The notes under the pieces were generated by a model. It saw only the letters and a list, made by a program, of their open reading frames with translations. It searched no databases and was not told the DNA's origin. A stretch of 64,000 nucleotides of DNA from a virus. Positions within the stretch are counted from its first letter, which is position 1. Every line of letters starts with the position of its first letter. The DNA lies in the IMG/VR virus record IMGVR_UViG_3300009314_000003, positions 83,989 to 147,988 of that record. One strand, given 5' to 3'. This document shows, piece by piece, positions 10,379 through 21,727 of this stretch. Made by a program: the position numbers and the translations under genes.

Positions 10379-12536
10379 GCTTAATAACAGAGATAACCAC
10401 AACTCCTCTAGAACACCCTTACGTCTGTCACGCCTTCCAGAGTGGATCAAGAAGGGCACAGATTCAACTATCTGGTCAGTAATTAATCCTGCCTGCCTAT
10501 CTGTAGAAGATGCTATTGAGTACATTGGGTATGCTTTTGGGGACGCCACACCAGCCGCATTTGACCCACATAACCAGAATCCTACCTACGTTGCTGGCCC
10601 CCTAACTGGAGATATTAACGCTACTTACCATGTTAGTGGGGATATAGATATTATTAAGACACAGGAATTAGAGGAATTCTTCTTTGGACCACCTACGCAG
10701 GTAGTTGCGGAGGATGTTATAAGGCCAATCCCGTATGCAAAGCGTATACCTACCGATATTCATTATATACACAATTGGCAGATGGACGGGACTGGTGAGT
10801 CATTAAGTGCTTTTGCTTTATTACAAGAGAATGCTTATACCGATAGGGATGCCTTTCTCTTTTATGATACCAACTGGACCCCTGTGGGAATGAGTAATGT
10901 TGACAAGAAAACACAGAATTATAATAACACCGGCGCGGATGAGTGGTTAGGTCTCTCCACAGATGGTTTACAAGCAACACTTAATCATATACCTATATCT
11001 GGTACCATTCAGGTGTTAAATATTATGGATCTGGACGATGGTGGACAAGCACAGCCAATCAACACCAATTTCTCTGTTCAAGGGTGTGATATAGTGTTTG
11101 ATAACCCCATCATAGGATCTGGTATGTATATAGTTGAATATGACTATGTACCCAATTACACACTTCGTTGTTTTACCCCATACGCCTGGGTAAGTGATAG
11201 TTACATGCAAGAGTCTCCAAGCTTCAAAGCTAGTTACCGCGGAGTTTCTTCAGACGATATAATACTTGATCCCGATGTCTCAACCTATTTAGCTAGTGGA
11301 GACTTACACAGCCTCGTTAAGCTGAGAGGTACAACTACCACAATTCATCCGAGGGAAATACTTTTTAAGGACAGTATGCCCTACCTACGCAGCCATGCTA
11401 GTGTTCTACGCCCTGGAATGTCGGCCCTGGTAAATTATTCAGGGACACGATACTGTGTTGAGGAGTGGACGAACCCAACCTCAGGCGATTTTCTGTACGA
11501 GGTGGGAATTTTAGATGACTTTGTGAGTACAAATGTTAATATGGTGAGCGTCTTTAATACTGGCGGGGCCGATATTACTTCAGACAATGCGATAAGTATT
11601 TCGGGTGATTGGGTAGTTATTGACTCAAATGATACCCTTTTGGAGCCGGTTAATGTAAGAATCAATTATGAGTATAGTAGTAGTGGTTGGTACACGGCAG
11701 AGACTTTACCGGGGGCTTATGATATTTACGAGGGCTCCTTAGCAATATCAGGTAATTTTGAGGGCGCTGTGATGCCGGCAGTTGGAGTACCTGTTGGAGA
11801 GGTTGTATCGGGAGCTATATCTGATCTTCAGGTGCCCAGATTCACACTAGAGAAACATCAGGACATAGTTAGTACATCCTATGGGAAAGAACCTATGCTG
11901 ATAGAGGATATATCCGCCGAGATACCTGTTTATACCCTGGACCGTGTTGGTCAATATCTGAAAAGGACTGCACCCCTTAGTATGAGGGAAGAAAATTATA
12001 TGGCAGCGGTAGATATAGAACCGTTCCCAGGCCCCTTATCTGGCTTACTATACCTAGATTATCCAGAGGTGTATGAACAGCTTGAGAAATGTAATAACTA
12101 CCTCGACCCAACACTGAGGAACAGGGAATTCCTTTCAGTTCGAAAATGGAGGAAGTGGTTGGTCCTACTCTCAAAACAAGGCCTTCCAGAGCCAGAGACT
12201 AATTACTGGACCACCAGTAGTACTGATACTTGTTACCTAAACTTTATTAATATGGATACCAACCAAACGGATAGGCTGAGTAATGGAGACAAAATGGAAT
12301 ATGAAATATCAGTCCCGAACCTTGAGATAACTTCCTTCACCTTTGACTGGGATGGCAATATATGGATTGTTGGTTTCAAAGTAGGAGAGGGGGGTAATTA
12401 TACTTCCCACTATGTAAAATTACAGCCAAGATATGATTACTGCATTAGTGTCCCAGAGGAGGACGATGCAATGATGGAACGGGTATACTTCCGCGAGTAT
12501 TATCCAGAGGGCGTGGAGAGAACATCAGATGTCTAA
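10371..12536 (+). CDS. putative baseplate wedge/structural protein
   Basis: 721 aa, follows J; N-terminal LSRLPEW resembles wedge subunits; acidic and beta-rich. Confidence 0.55.
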   Translation: MSKLNNRDNHNSSRTPLRLSRLPEWIKKGTDSTIWSVINPACLSVEDAIEYIGYAFGDATPAAFDPHNQNPTYVAGPLTGDINATYHVSGDIDIIKTQELEEFFFGPPTQVVAEDVIRPIPYAKRIPTDIHYIHNWQMDGTGESLSAFALLQENAYTDRDAFLFYDTNWTPVGMSNVDKKTQNYNNTGADEWLGLSTDGLQATLNHIPISGTIQVLNIMDLDDGGQAQPINTNFSVQGCDIVFDNPIIGSGMYIVEYDYVPNYTLRCFTPYAWVSDSYMQESPSFKASYRGVSSDDIILDPDVSTYLASGDLHSLVKLRGTTTTIHPREILFKDSMPYLRSHASVLRPGMSALVNYSGTRYCVEEWTNPTSGDFLYEVGILDDFVSTNVNMVSVFNTGGADITSDNAISISGDWVVIDSNDTLLEPVNVRINYEYSSSGWYTAETLPGAYDIYEGSLAISGNFEGAVMPAVGVPVGEVVSGAISDLQVPRFTLEKHQDIVSTSYGKEPMLIEDISAEIPVYTLDRVGQYLKRTAPLSMREENYMAAVDIEPFPGPLSGLLYLDYPEVYEQLEKCNNYLDPTLRNREFLSVRKWRKWLVLLSKQGLPEPETNYWTTSSTDTCYLNFINMDTNQTDRLSNGDKMEYEISVPNLEITSFTFDWDGNIWIVGFKVGEGGNYTSHYVKLQPRYDYCISVPEEDDAMMERVYFREYYPEGVERTSDV
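11148..11186 (+). repeat. 39-bp segment with an exact inverted copy at 27020-27058
   Basis: GTACCCAATTACACACTTCGTTGTTTTACCCCATACGCC is the reverse complement of 27020-27058. Confidence 0.95.
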
Positions 12537-15039
12537 CCAGGAAACTATCCAACCTAAAGAATCACAGGTATGGAATTCTCTCGATGATTGGGGACTTGCC
12601 TTTGGTATTGAACGCTTACCCGCCGAGGAAAATAAGGAATTTAGGGAGAGACTGTACAAAGTAGCCGGGGCCCATGGAAATGCTAGTCTCCAGGGTATTG
12701 TGGATGGAATTTCAGCCAGTCTTGGATTGGAAAGTTGGAAAACATCTGGTAAGAAGCATTTTTACTTACGATTTACCCCTGTAGAGAGGGACGACGATAG
12801 TAACACCTTCCCCATCACCGTAACTATTGATGGAGTTCCGCAGACACAACTCATTGAGTATCTGGAGCCTCCACGGGATTGGATGGCGGGCTCATATATG
12901 TATACAGCCCCCGCGGGGTTCATTGTCTGGCGCGATGATGAGGGATACTACACCAGACACCTGGAGTTTCTGGAGGCACCAAAAACAGGAACTGATATTA
13001 CAGTTACCTATTATACCAGAACAGAGTCTGACGAAATTGTAAAGGTAGTAGAGACTGAGGCCGAGAATAAAGATATTATACCGGAAGGTGTGGAACTACC
13101 TGCCGACAATCAAATTAAGGTGGACATACTCAGTGATTTTGATTTTCAGTCCAGACATATGGCTATGAATAATATGATCAGCAATGATCTGATGAGTTAT
13201 GTGGACGAGGTTAATTCTCCTTACCCCTTTCAGTGGGGTACCTTTGAGTGGGATAACTTCCGCTGGGAGGTGGGCGGAGATACTTCTGTTATACCGTCTT
13301 ATTTCGATTGTGTATCCGCCTCTGGAGATCTAACCTCCGGAACCGGGTACGGCAATGATCTTAAGGTTGTAGGAATAGATGACTTTACCCAACAACCACA
13401 CATTATGCCGGGCTTTGTATACTACAGGGATAGAGAATACTATTTCTACAACTCCCTACAGATGCAGGATATTCCATCCGGGGATATTAGTATAGTCCTA
13501 TCTGGTAGTATTAATGCCTCAGGAGCGTATGGCCCGCCAATCGATCCGGCTCCTGTTGTCTGTACTGCCGGACTAAGTACCGAAGGGCTTATAATCGGCC
13601 ATCCCAGTCACTACATAGATGGAGATAGTCAGACATTTAATGCGTCAGGAGAGTATATCTTCGGACTTGATTCAATACCTTCTGATATGTCCACCATAAG
13701 AGCACAGCGCACCACTCCGGGAAGTGGTGGTGAGCTGGACACTACTAAGCCGGAGCCTGCTGCCTACTTTCCCTGGAATAATAGTGTCATAATAAGATCG
13801 CCCCTGACAGCCGGACAAACACTGAAGGTTACTTGGGCTACTGAAAAAACAAGGCTATTCCTTAATGATGTTCTCGATGGTGCGGTGGGTGGCTATAACC
13901 TGGCAATGAACTACCGCTATGATCATCGTATCCCATCTGAATCTCTTACCACATTAGATACTGTGGTAAATCCTGGGGATGGTTCTCTCGGCTGGCCGGC
14001 GAGTGGCGCACACCACCATACTGTGATCTTTAGTAATACTAAACTACTGAGAGGTCGTTTACTTCCTACCATTTTGGTAACTGAGGATGAATACGATCAA
14101 ATCTTCGACTATGCTGACGAAGAATTCACCTCCGGCCTAATGTCCGAATATATGGCCCTCGGTGGATTCGATCATGAACACAAAATAACTGATGGTGGTT
14201 ATATTAGTTACGAGGTCGTTGCTTTACCTGATGGCACAGAACTCCAACATACACACACCATAGTTGTGCCGGGAGATTATGGTTGGTATGACCCCACACC
14301 AAACAAGCTCCGCAGACGTTCGGACTTAACCACAATCGACCTGGGTACAAAGGCTGCAGAGACTTACTTAGGGCACATAAAGGATCAGGCTAATGCTATA
14401 CCCAGAGTTGAGGCAGATTATTTCACCACCTACCCAACCTCCGGGGGATTACAGGTATCTTTTGACAAAGAAATTATTGAAGGCACAATACAGTATGAGG
14501 GAGCTGAAGAAGCAACACCCATACCAGTCCCACCTAACCATTGTCCACCGATAGATGAAAGTGCCGTTGGTAAAATACTTGCCATAGGTGGAACCCTAGC
14601 AGCTACCCGACTTGATTTGTATCCCAGTACCTCAGCCGTAGCATCAGGTGATTTCGCCCTTACTATACGGGCCACGGATTATGAGAGTGGTGGGGTACCA
14701 GATGCTCAAGTTACATTATCCTGTCCCACTAACAGTTCTGGGAATTATTGGGTAATGGATTCAGATGACGGCTCCCCCATAGAAGGAGAGAATGTTCCAA
14801 AGACAAACACCGCCGGCCTACTTCATAGGAGGCTGGTACTCAATCCTTCTGATCCAGCCATAACTAAGGGGGAGATATTACCTATTAAAGCAACAGCAAT
14901 ATCTAGGACTCCTTACGAGATAAGACCACTACCAAGTGGCATTAACGAAACCGGGACTACACTTAATGAAGCTGAAAATATTACATATTATATTTATGAG
15001 GTCTCTAAGACCATACCAATTTACTACGTAGGAGATTAA
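12529..15039 (+). CDS. putative baseplate wedge/structural protein
   Basis: N-terminal WNSLDDWGLAFGIERLPAEENKEFRERL resembles gpI/J-type wedge N-termini; HxH motifs (HEH, HTH); Ig-like C-terminus. Confidence 0.6.
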   Translation: MSNQETIQPKESQVWNSLDDWGLAFGIERLPAEENKEFRERLYKVAGAHGNASLQGIVDGISASLGLESWKTSGKKHFYLRFTPVERDDDSNTFPITVTIDGVPQTQLIEYLEPPRDWMAGSYMYTAPAGFIVWRDDEGYYTRHLEFLEAPKTGTDITVTYYTRTESDEIVKVVETEAENKDIIPEGVELPADNQIKVDILSDFDFQSRHMAMNNMISNDLMSYVDEVNSPYPFQWGTFEWDNFRWEVGGDTSVIPSYFDCVSASGDLTSGTGYGNDLKVVGIDDFTQQPHIMPGFVYYRDREYYFYNSLQMQDIPSGDISIVLSGSINASGAYGPPIDPAPVVCTAGLSTEGLIIGHPSHYIDGDSQTFNASGEYIFGLDSIPSDMSTIRAQRTTPGSGGELDTTKPEPAAYFPWNNSVIIRSPLTAGQTLKVTWATEKTRLFLNDVLDGAVGGYNLAMNYRYDHRIPSESLTTLDTVVNPGDGSLGWPASGAHHHTVIFSNTKLLRGRLLPTILVTEDEYDQIFDYADEEFTSGLMSEYMALGGFDHEHKITDGGYISYEVVALPDGTELQHTHTIVVPGDYGWYDPTPNKLRRRSDLTTIDLGTKAAETYLGHIKDQANAIPRVEADYFTTYPTSGGLQVSFDKEIIEGTIQYEGAEEATPIPVPPNHCPPIDESAVGKILAIGGTLAATRLDLYPSTSAVASGDFALTIRATDYESGGVPDAQVTLSCPTNSSGNYWVMDSDDGSPIEGENVPKTNTAGLLHRRLVLNPSDPAITKGEILPIKATAISRTPYEIRPLPSGINETGTTLNEAENITYYIYEVSKTIPIYYVGD

Positions 15040-15041
15040 CA

Positions 15042-17426
15042 ATGGATAACATCCAACTTATTAGTTCAGGACAGTATTTCAAAGAAGATGGCACAGAACT
15101 AGCTACACCGGGGCGCTTCAATTCCATCTTTGATGAAATTAATACTAATGCGACTAAACAATTTACTCCTAACCCAAGTTGCGATGCGCAGTCCGACCTC
15201 GTGACTTATATTGAAGACACACTTTCACCTACAACTTACCCAAGTTCGGTGGTAATAAGAGATGTAACTACCTGGCCCATACGCATGCTTAATAATGTTA
15301 ATATCCAATTCAGTCTCGCCGACGGCCCAGGCCGGTTAGAAGTACCAGCGGGTAATAATGGCCCCGGAGCATACGTCGAATGGGATATAGGAACATACAC
15401 AGGGGACCTGGGTAGCCATGGTGTTCGGGCAGTGACCGTCCAGATGACAGCTACCTGGGATGATAAAACTAAGGTGTCCTACACAACATTCAACCTGGTA
15501 AGCCCTCCTGAGAAAGGCGATCCGGCACTTACGCAAATTCATACTATGTGTCATGTTAATGATACTGATATACCTCTTAATTCTCCAGTCTCAGGGGAAG
15601 CAGAATTCACCTTTCAGGATATATCTTTATACCCATTTGGTGATACCATAGAAAGAGCATGGCAATTATACCGTGCTGATGACTTTTCCACCGAGCTCTT
15701 AAGTACTGCCCCTAATTCCTATGTCGGGACACTAACAGGTACACCAGGCGACCCAAATTTCTCGGGGGGTGTCAATGGTACTCCAACTTTACGGGTTCCT
15801 GTAAAGATACCAGGGGCATACAGGCTTCGGCAGGCAGTAAAGGGAAATTTTGATGAATCCTCAGGGGATCCATTCACTACAACTATGCCGGTTGAGTCAC
15901 TTACTGGCGTTAATGTTCATCCCTACGCAGCATTTACCTTAACAAATGTAGGCGGTCAACCTATATCTCCCACGCGGTTGTATATAAACCAATCCAAGGG
16001 CAGCTCCACCATTGAACACCCAGACTATACAAACGCAAAATCCCTTTTTCAATCTAGTGACCAATACCATTACATCGAGGTTAGATGGGGCAGAGACTCC
16101 GATCAGGCAGGTAATAATAGTGATGCCCGGCTTTTTTCAATGTCGGTATTAGACCTTGGGGACCTCAATATAATTCCCGAGGATAACACTGATTACTTTC
16201 TGGTAAATCTTAACGACGGCGGCAGTGGTTCGGATTGGTGGAACGGTAACTATTTCTGGATCCTGGGTCTGAATATTTCTGGCTACTCCATAATTGATAC
16301 GCTTACTTATAGTGAGGTTCCTGCTGGCGGCGGTAAAGTTGGAAGCTACTATCAAAGTAGTATACGTAGTGATAGTTTCTTCAGTAACCTGGTCATAAAA
16401 GTCCCAGCGGGTACCTTACCCGCCACAACTATAAACAACATACACTCTATCTCTACATGGCAGATAGGCCCCGGAGCTGAGAAATATAAGGTGGAACTAA
16501 AGGTAATCTCCTCGGAGGGTGGGACTTCGACTATTATTGAACCATGGAAACAAGTTTCTTTTCTAGGCCTGGATGGGTTACGACCCGCCCCAATTAGGTA
16601 CCGCTTCCTCAATATACCTGAGGGACTAGAGTTATTCGCCTCGGTAACTAGTATTAATGGTTCAGTTGCTTCTACTCCAAATACCACAGAGTCCCTTATT
16701 GTAGGATATTCCACCGATTGGCTACCAGAGGCTCCTACTAATCTCTCTTTCACACCCCATACCTTTGGGGTACAGCTCTCCTTCGATCCTGTTGCTGGTG
16801 ACCCAGTTGCTGGTGTCGATTATTATGAGATTGCTTATGGAGATAATGCTAATATACAGTTTGATAGTAGTAACATGGTGATCTGCACACGTAGTACTAT
16901 GGTCAACCTAAATGCTGAGGCAGGCTCCAATGTGTATGTTAAGGTTCGAGCAGTTTGCAGTTCAGGACTAGCAGGCCCATCAACTTCTGGTATGCACAGT
17001 GTTGCTGCGGGGTATATGGATACTCCCGCAGTTCAAATGAATACAGGTTCCCGGGTAATAGATTCATCCAAGACATCAAGGGAGGAAAGGACAATTAGCT
17101 ATCATGCAAATAAAAATCCCGGGACCATAATAAGTATGGGCGTCTATGTTTATAGTATGACTAACAACACAGGGCTCGATGATTTTGTCACTATCTATAA
17201 TGGAGATAAAACCTCTTACTATTCCATTCCTATCTCCGGAGTCGGATATTATACGGATGATAACTTCCCCGAAATGTCTATAGGAACAAATGAGAACGTA
17301 TGTATTGCCAACTGGCATACCTCATGGGACAATACTGTACCTCAACAGTTCAATGATATTGAGGTGAGTGTTGATTACACAATTAAACCCCTAACCCCTC
17401 CCACTGTTATTAAACAGTCCAGGTAA
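15042..17426 (+). CDS. virion structural protein with PKD-like and FN3-like domains
   Basis: FTFQDISL...RAWQ...PGAYRLR (PKD-like); PEAPTNLSFT...LSFDPV...YYEIAY...VKVRAVCSSG (FN3-like). Confidence 0.6.
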   Translation: MDNIQLISSGQYFKEDGTELATPGRFNSIFDEINTNATKQFTPNPSCDAQSDLVTYIEDTLSPTTYPSSVVIRDVTTWPIRMLNNVNIQFSLADGPGRLEVPAGNNGPGAYVEWDIGTYTGDLGSHGVRAVTVQMTATWDDKTKVSYTTFNLVSPPEKGDPALTQIHTMCHVNDTDIPLNSPVSGEAEFTFQDISLYPFGDTIERAWQLYRADDFSTELLSTAPNSYVGTLTGTPGDPNFSGGVNGTPTLRVPVKIPGAYRLRQAVKGNFDESSGDPFTTTMPVESLTGVNVHPYAAFTLTNVGGQPISPTRLYINQSKGSSTIEHPDYTNAKSLFQSSDQYHYIEVRWGRDSDQAGNNSDARLFSMSVLDLGDLNIIPEDNTDYFLVNLNDGGSGSDWWNGNYFWILGLNISGYSIIDTLTYSEVPAGGGKVGSYYQSSIRSDSFFSNLVIKVPAGTLPATTINNIHSISTWQIGPGAEKYKVELKVISSEGGTSTIIEPWKQVSFLGLDGLRPAPIRYRFLNIPEGLELFASVTSINGSVASTPNTTESLIVGYSTDWLPEAPTNLSFTPHTFGVQLSFDPVAGDPVAGVDYYEIAYGDNANIQFDSSNMVICTRSTMVNLNAEAGSNVYVKVRAVCSSGLAGPSTSGMHSVAAGYMDTPAVQMNTGSRVIDSSKTSREERTISYHANKNPGTIISMGVYVYSMTNNTGLDDFVTIYNGDKTSYYSIPISGVGYYTDDNFPEMSIGTNENVCIANWHTSWDNTVPQQFNDIEVSVDYTIKPLTPPTVIKQSR

Positions 17427-19532
17427 ATGAGCCAACTACGTTTCAAATTGGTTGATAATGTAACCTCAACAGCTTCACTTGCTGCTATTTACTCAACGGC
17501 GGGACAGGGCAGTTACTCCCTAAAATTAGAGCCCGGAGTGGCGGCTAAACTACGAGCCGCACAGAGTTATAATGCTTCCTCGGGGGAAAGCGACTACGGA
17601 CATTTTGAGTTCGGGAATAATCAACCGGCGAGTGGTTACTACAGTCTTCCCTTTCCCTGGCCAGTTCCAAACTCAGATAGTTATGATGATGTTAAGTCAG
17701 ATATGTTGGTGGGGCCACGAGACCAAAACGTTTGTTGGGTTATTTCTGAACCTAATGGTACCCATATAAAGTGCGGAGATATTAGTAATATACGGGTAAA
17801 TAATCTTAGAACAGGGGGTTATCTACCAATAACAGAGACACAATACCGAGGAACTCAAGAGGATCTATGGGATAGTACCCCTCTCAATACTACCTCTGGT
17901 CAATATGTCAGATTGGTAATGGGCGCTGATCAAGTTGTTGATGCTGTACCGATGGCTTCCTTCACCGAATATGTTGTAGAGGATAGTTCTCTCGTAGATA
18001 GACAGCGCCTCTTTCAACCCATACCAACCTTCACCGACTGGAGTCTCGAGAATGTAGAAGGCACTTGTGTTATGAAGGTAGAGGAAAATTATGTAGACGA
18101 GTTTAGTATATCAGGACAACTGAGAGATATTACATGGCAAAACGATCCATTTAATCTTATAGAGGTTAGAGTCCCACGCAGGAACTGGTATCAGCCATGG
18201 TTCGCACAGGTTAAAAAGGCATCCGAATTCTTTAAAGGCACATTCATCTCTACAGAGGATATTAACCAATCACCAAGACCTCCACTCGTTGTGGACGAAG
18301 TTCCATCCTTTGTTAATCGTTCCCTTCTCGCCCTCTGTCAGGGTAACGTCAATATCTTGGGCAATGGGAACGATATTATAGATCTTGAGGGGGATGGTAA
18401 TTGGGCCGCGGGAATTGTGTTAAAGATAAATGGTGTAAAGAGGAATGACCTCATCAAAGATGTTCTCGAAGAAACAGGACACGTACTTCTCAGGCGGCCA
18501 ATTGGAAGGGCCAGCCGAGTTACTACATCCTACGCGGTCGATCCAGACTCCTGGGTCGAGATATCCTCCGTGGACCTAAATCCCAGACCTAACCACCTAA
18601 AACCACAATGGATGGATGGTTTCACCATTAAGGATAGTACTCTCACACTTTATGTTCAGTCTGGAGAGACAGGGCAACTTCTTATAGGGGCCTCAATTAA
18701 GCCCGGCAGCCTTTACTACTACGACGCCGATTCTGGTGATCCCAGTGACTACCTGCAAGAGGACAAACATATCTCAATCGCAAAGATATTTATACCTCAA
18801 AACTCCAAGCCTATCCTAATCGATGTACGCCAACAAGGCGGCGGTTTAAGACCTGAAGATCAACTACAGAATCACCTTTATGATATTAAAAGCCATACCA
18901 AACTCGGTTTCTATTACGGGTACCCCATTAAGGGTAATGCTGTTATTATAACTCTTCCACAACTGTTATTCGAATCCTTTTACCGTCGCTTCCTGGATAA
19001 GAAGGTAAATACCGTAGATAACAAAACAGACACCAGCAATAGACCCCTGGAGGTGTTCGCCCTTACCGAAGAGCCTTACCTCGATTATTCCCAATACAAC
19101 TGGGTAAGAAGAACATGGACTACCCAACCATTTACAGTTACCATAACAAAAGAAGGTACAAATCACATAGCCCTTGATACTACTGACTATTCCAACCGTA
19201 CCCAATTACCTACCCTCGACCCTTATGCAAACACAGAAGAGTATCTCTTTTACTATAGAGACGGAAAGATATATATAAATAATAGTGACTACGATAGTTT
19301 GGCTGTCGACTATACCTATCTATCCGAGGAGGAAGAGATTATTGAGGATGCATACGTAACAACCAGGAACTTCATAGCCGAGGCAATTAGTAGGATGTTT
19401 CCAGCTGGCACATATTTAGTACTACGTTACGAAGAGGAAAAGGATTTTGGCCCGCAAGCTAAGGCTCGTATGCAACAATATGTATATACCACCGATGACT
19501 CCGGCAACCTTATAGATGTAGGTAAGATATAA
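17427..19532 (+). CDS. virion structural protein
   Basis: 701-aa ORF in the coupled operon; VDLNPRPNH and IDVRQQGGGL segments; C-terminal ISRMFPAGT resembles wedge-protein ends. Confidence 0.55.
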   Translation: MSQLRFKLVDNVTSTASLAAIYSTAGQGSYSLKLEPGVAAKLRAAQSYNASSGESDYGHFEFGNNQPASGYYSLPFPWPVPNSDSYDDVKSDMLVGPRDQNVCWVISEPNGTHIKCGDISNIRVNNLRTGGYLPITETQYRGTQEDLWDSTPLNTTSGQYVRLVMGADQVVDAVPMASFTEYVVEDSSLVDRQRLFQPIPTFTDWSLENVEGTCVMKVEENYVDEFSISGQLRDITWQNDPFNLIEVRVPRRNWYQPWFAQVKKASEFFKGTFISTEDINQSPRPPLVVDEVPSFVNRSLLALCQGNVNILGNGNDIIDLEGDGNWAAGIVLKINGVKRNDLIKDVLEETGHVLLRRPIGRASRVTTSYAVDPDSWVEISSVDLNPRPNHLKPQWMDGFTIKDSTLTLYVQSGETGQLLIGASIKPGSLYYYDADSGDPSDYLQEDKHISIAKIFIPQNSKPILIDVRQQGGGLRPEDQLQNHLYDIKSHTKLGFYYGYPIKGNAVIITLPQLLFESFYRRFLDKKVNTVDNKTDTSNRPLEVFALTEEPYLDYSQYNWVRRTWTTQPFTVTITKEGTNHIALDTTDYSNRTQLPTLDPYANTEEYLFYYRDGKIYINNSDYDSLAVDYTYLSEEEEIIEDAYVTTRNFIAEAISRMFPAGTYLVLRYEEEKDFGPQAKARMQQYVYTTDDSGNLIDVGKI

Positions 19533-19538
19533 TAGCTT

Positions 19539-20729
19539 ATGCCTGTTAGCAACAAATTAAAACAAGTCCGGGATGAGGAGATTCTACGCCTGGCCAGTAG
19601 CATGGCTCGGCAATTTGGGGTTACAGACCCGCTGGAGATACAAGAGGTAACAGAAGCCGTTCAGTTATCCTTTGACACAACAGGGCCCCTATTAAAGTAT
19701 TCACCCTCCACCATGGCCGACAGTGGGAAGTTTCGTAACGATACACGTAATGCACTGATTAATATTATAGCCTTCCTCATACAAATAGAGGAGATAGAAA
19801 GAGGCAGGACAGAGCTTGAGAGTAACAGTCGTAAATCCTTAGATAGTAACGAGACACAGGTCAAATTATTAGAAGACTCCTACATACAAACTGACAGAGA
19901 CTTGCTTCAGATAGAATCCTTCTCCATTAGAAAAGCACGAGGTAGTTATCAGGGCGTCCAGGTTGATGGAGGTGTCCTTAAGATAATCTCCCACGATGAT
20001 GCAGCTGCAAGGCGGGTAAAAGGTATTGAGGCGGCAATCTACCCAACAGCGGCAAGTAATCAATTTATAGTACACGAAACCGTGGGTGACATTAATTCTG
20101 TTCTTAATACCGAACCTGGTTCAGGAATCTGGGGAGTTAATGTGTATACACCTGCTCAAGAATTAACCACGTACTGGAGCCAACCCCTCTCCAGATCTAG
20201 TATGTCAGAGGGAGCGATGCGTGCTTACCATGGAATATTAATTGATCTAACACTAAAACTAAAGGACCCAATAGACGTAAATTACCTCGGAGCTAAATTT
20301 CTTACGCCTAGTAAATTAATAAGAGTATATACATACAGCGGACAGGGGAGCGACGACACCCCCTCATGGCAACCAGCGGTAGACGCCGGGAACCGATTTG
20401 TGCAGTCTGAGGGGTATGAATATGATATGGAACTTTACAATTTCGGGGAAGTGTCTGGGGTCACTGATGTTCGTATGGTATTTAATGTGGCCCGGCCGGA
20501 GGACACGGTTCCTCAACTATATTTACTGGAGAAAATGTATACTCGCGGAGAAGTATTCCGTGGTATAGCTACAGATGACTTGAATTTTGAGGAGTATATA
20601 CGCATGGAGGATAACTTTCTTTACCATTTTGGCCTACACAACATTAAAGTCCGTAATCGCAAATTGGGTGCAATAACCTCACAACCAGCTCCGACTCCGA
20701 GCCTGAAGAAGTACCCGAGGATGATATAA
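19539..20729 (+). CDS. virion structural protein, N-terminal part of a probably split gene
   Basis: Coiled-coil N-terminus then beta domain; ends shortly after YHFGLHNIKV, a motif that is internal in its paralogues. Confidence 0.6.
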   Translation: MPVSNKLKQVRDEEILRLASSMARQFGVTDPLEIQEVTEAVQLSFDTTGPLLKYSPSTMADSGKFRNDTRNALINIIAFLIQIEEIERGRTELESNSRKSLDSNETQVKLLEDSYIQTDRDLLQIESFSIRKARGSYQGVQVDGGVLKIISHDDAAARRVKGIEAAIYPTAASNQFIVHETVGDINSVLNTEPGSGIWGVNVYTPAQELTTYWSQPLSRSSMSEGAMRAYHGILIDLTLKLKDPIDVNYLGAKFLTPSKLIRVYTYSGQGSDDTPSWQPAVDAGNRFVQSEGYEYDMELYNFGEVSGVTDVRMVFNVARPEDTVPQLYLLEKMYTRGEVFRGIATDDLNFEEYIRMEDNFLYHFGLHNIKVRNRKLGAITSQPAPTPSLKKYPRMI

Positions 20730-20734
20730 TAGCG

Positions 20735-21727
20735 ATGAGCGGTGGAGGTACAGGAGCGGGGTATAGCTCAGGTACTACCTACATATCCCCGGGCCATAAA
20801 GTAGAGGGGAAAGCTATAATAGGCGCTGGAATCATAAATGTACAGGAAAGCAACCAGGATATATACGGTGCGCAAAACTATACAACCCTCTTCCAGACAG
20901 AAGAGGGGGTAACTATATCCTCAATGCCTTTACTACCTGAAGGACGAAGTGTGGATAAGATACAAGAGAAGATATGGGTACGGGGTGATGGGTCTTTTGA
21001 AACCCTTTTCCCGGTGCTCACACTTAATCAAGGCGAGTCAGACTTAACCACTCTAACCGGTCGTTTTTCACAAGGAAGCATTTCTACGAGGACAACATTT
21101 CAGGCTCCCCCTGTTCACAAAAACACCTATATTACCCTGGTATACAGTACTTACCTAGTGTCTAGTTTTGCCTGTTGGGATCAAGATGATGATGAGATTG
21201 TGGCGCCGTCTGATGTAATGTTATCTGATCATACATATAAGGTAATTAGAATTACCGCAGGGTATGCTGATGTTGTTTATGACGAAAGCGGACCCGCGGT
21301 TTCCGTTTATGACGCCGCTGCGCCTATATCCACAGAGGTACAGGAGACTTTTGAGTCCTCAGGTTCAACCGTTTTAGAACTTAGAACAACACCATGGATA
21401 GACTTCCAGAGGTACTGGAGTGGTGGTGACAGTTATACCCCCATAGAGGTTTTCCTTACTCCCTCCGGAGGAGGCGACCCAATTTCTCTCCCGGATAGAA
21501 CTTTCTACTCCAACCGATTACTACAGCCTACTCTCTCAGGTATTGACCTGGAATTCTTTCTCCGGGGTAATTTAGTCTTCTTAAACACGGCAGATTTCGC
21601 AGGAGCTCAGGTCATCTACCACACGAAGTGTGAGAAGGCCAAGGTCCAAATTGATATGCATCCTAAGGGCGACATGACACCATGGGTTAGTGAATATACC
21701 ATTAAATTCAGAGCACAAATTGACTAA
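20735..21727 (+). CDS. virion structural protein, C-terminal part of a probably split gene
   Basis: Frame is open back to about 20657; ends with KVQIDM...DMTPWVSEY, a motif shared with paralogue C-termini. Confidence 0.6.
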   Translation: MSGGGTGAGYSSGTTYISPGHKVEGKAIIGAGIINVQESNQDIYGAQNYTTLFQTEEGVTISSMPLLPEGRSVDKIQEKIWVRGDGSFETLFPVLTLNQGESDLTTLTGRFSQGSISTRTTFQAPPVHKNTYITLVYSTYLVSSFACWDQDDDEIVAPSDVMLSDHTYKVIRITAGYADVVYDESGPAVSVYDAAAPISTEVQETFESSGSTVLELRTTPWIDFQRYWSGGDSYTPIEVFLTPSGGGDPISLPDRTFYSNRLLQPTLSGIDLEFFLRGNLVFLNTADFAGAQVIYHTKCEKAKVQIDMHPKGDMTPWVSEYTIKFRAQID

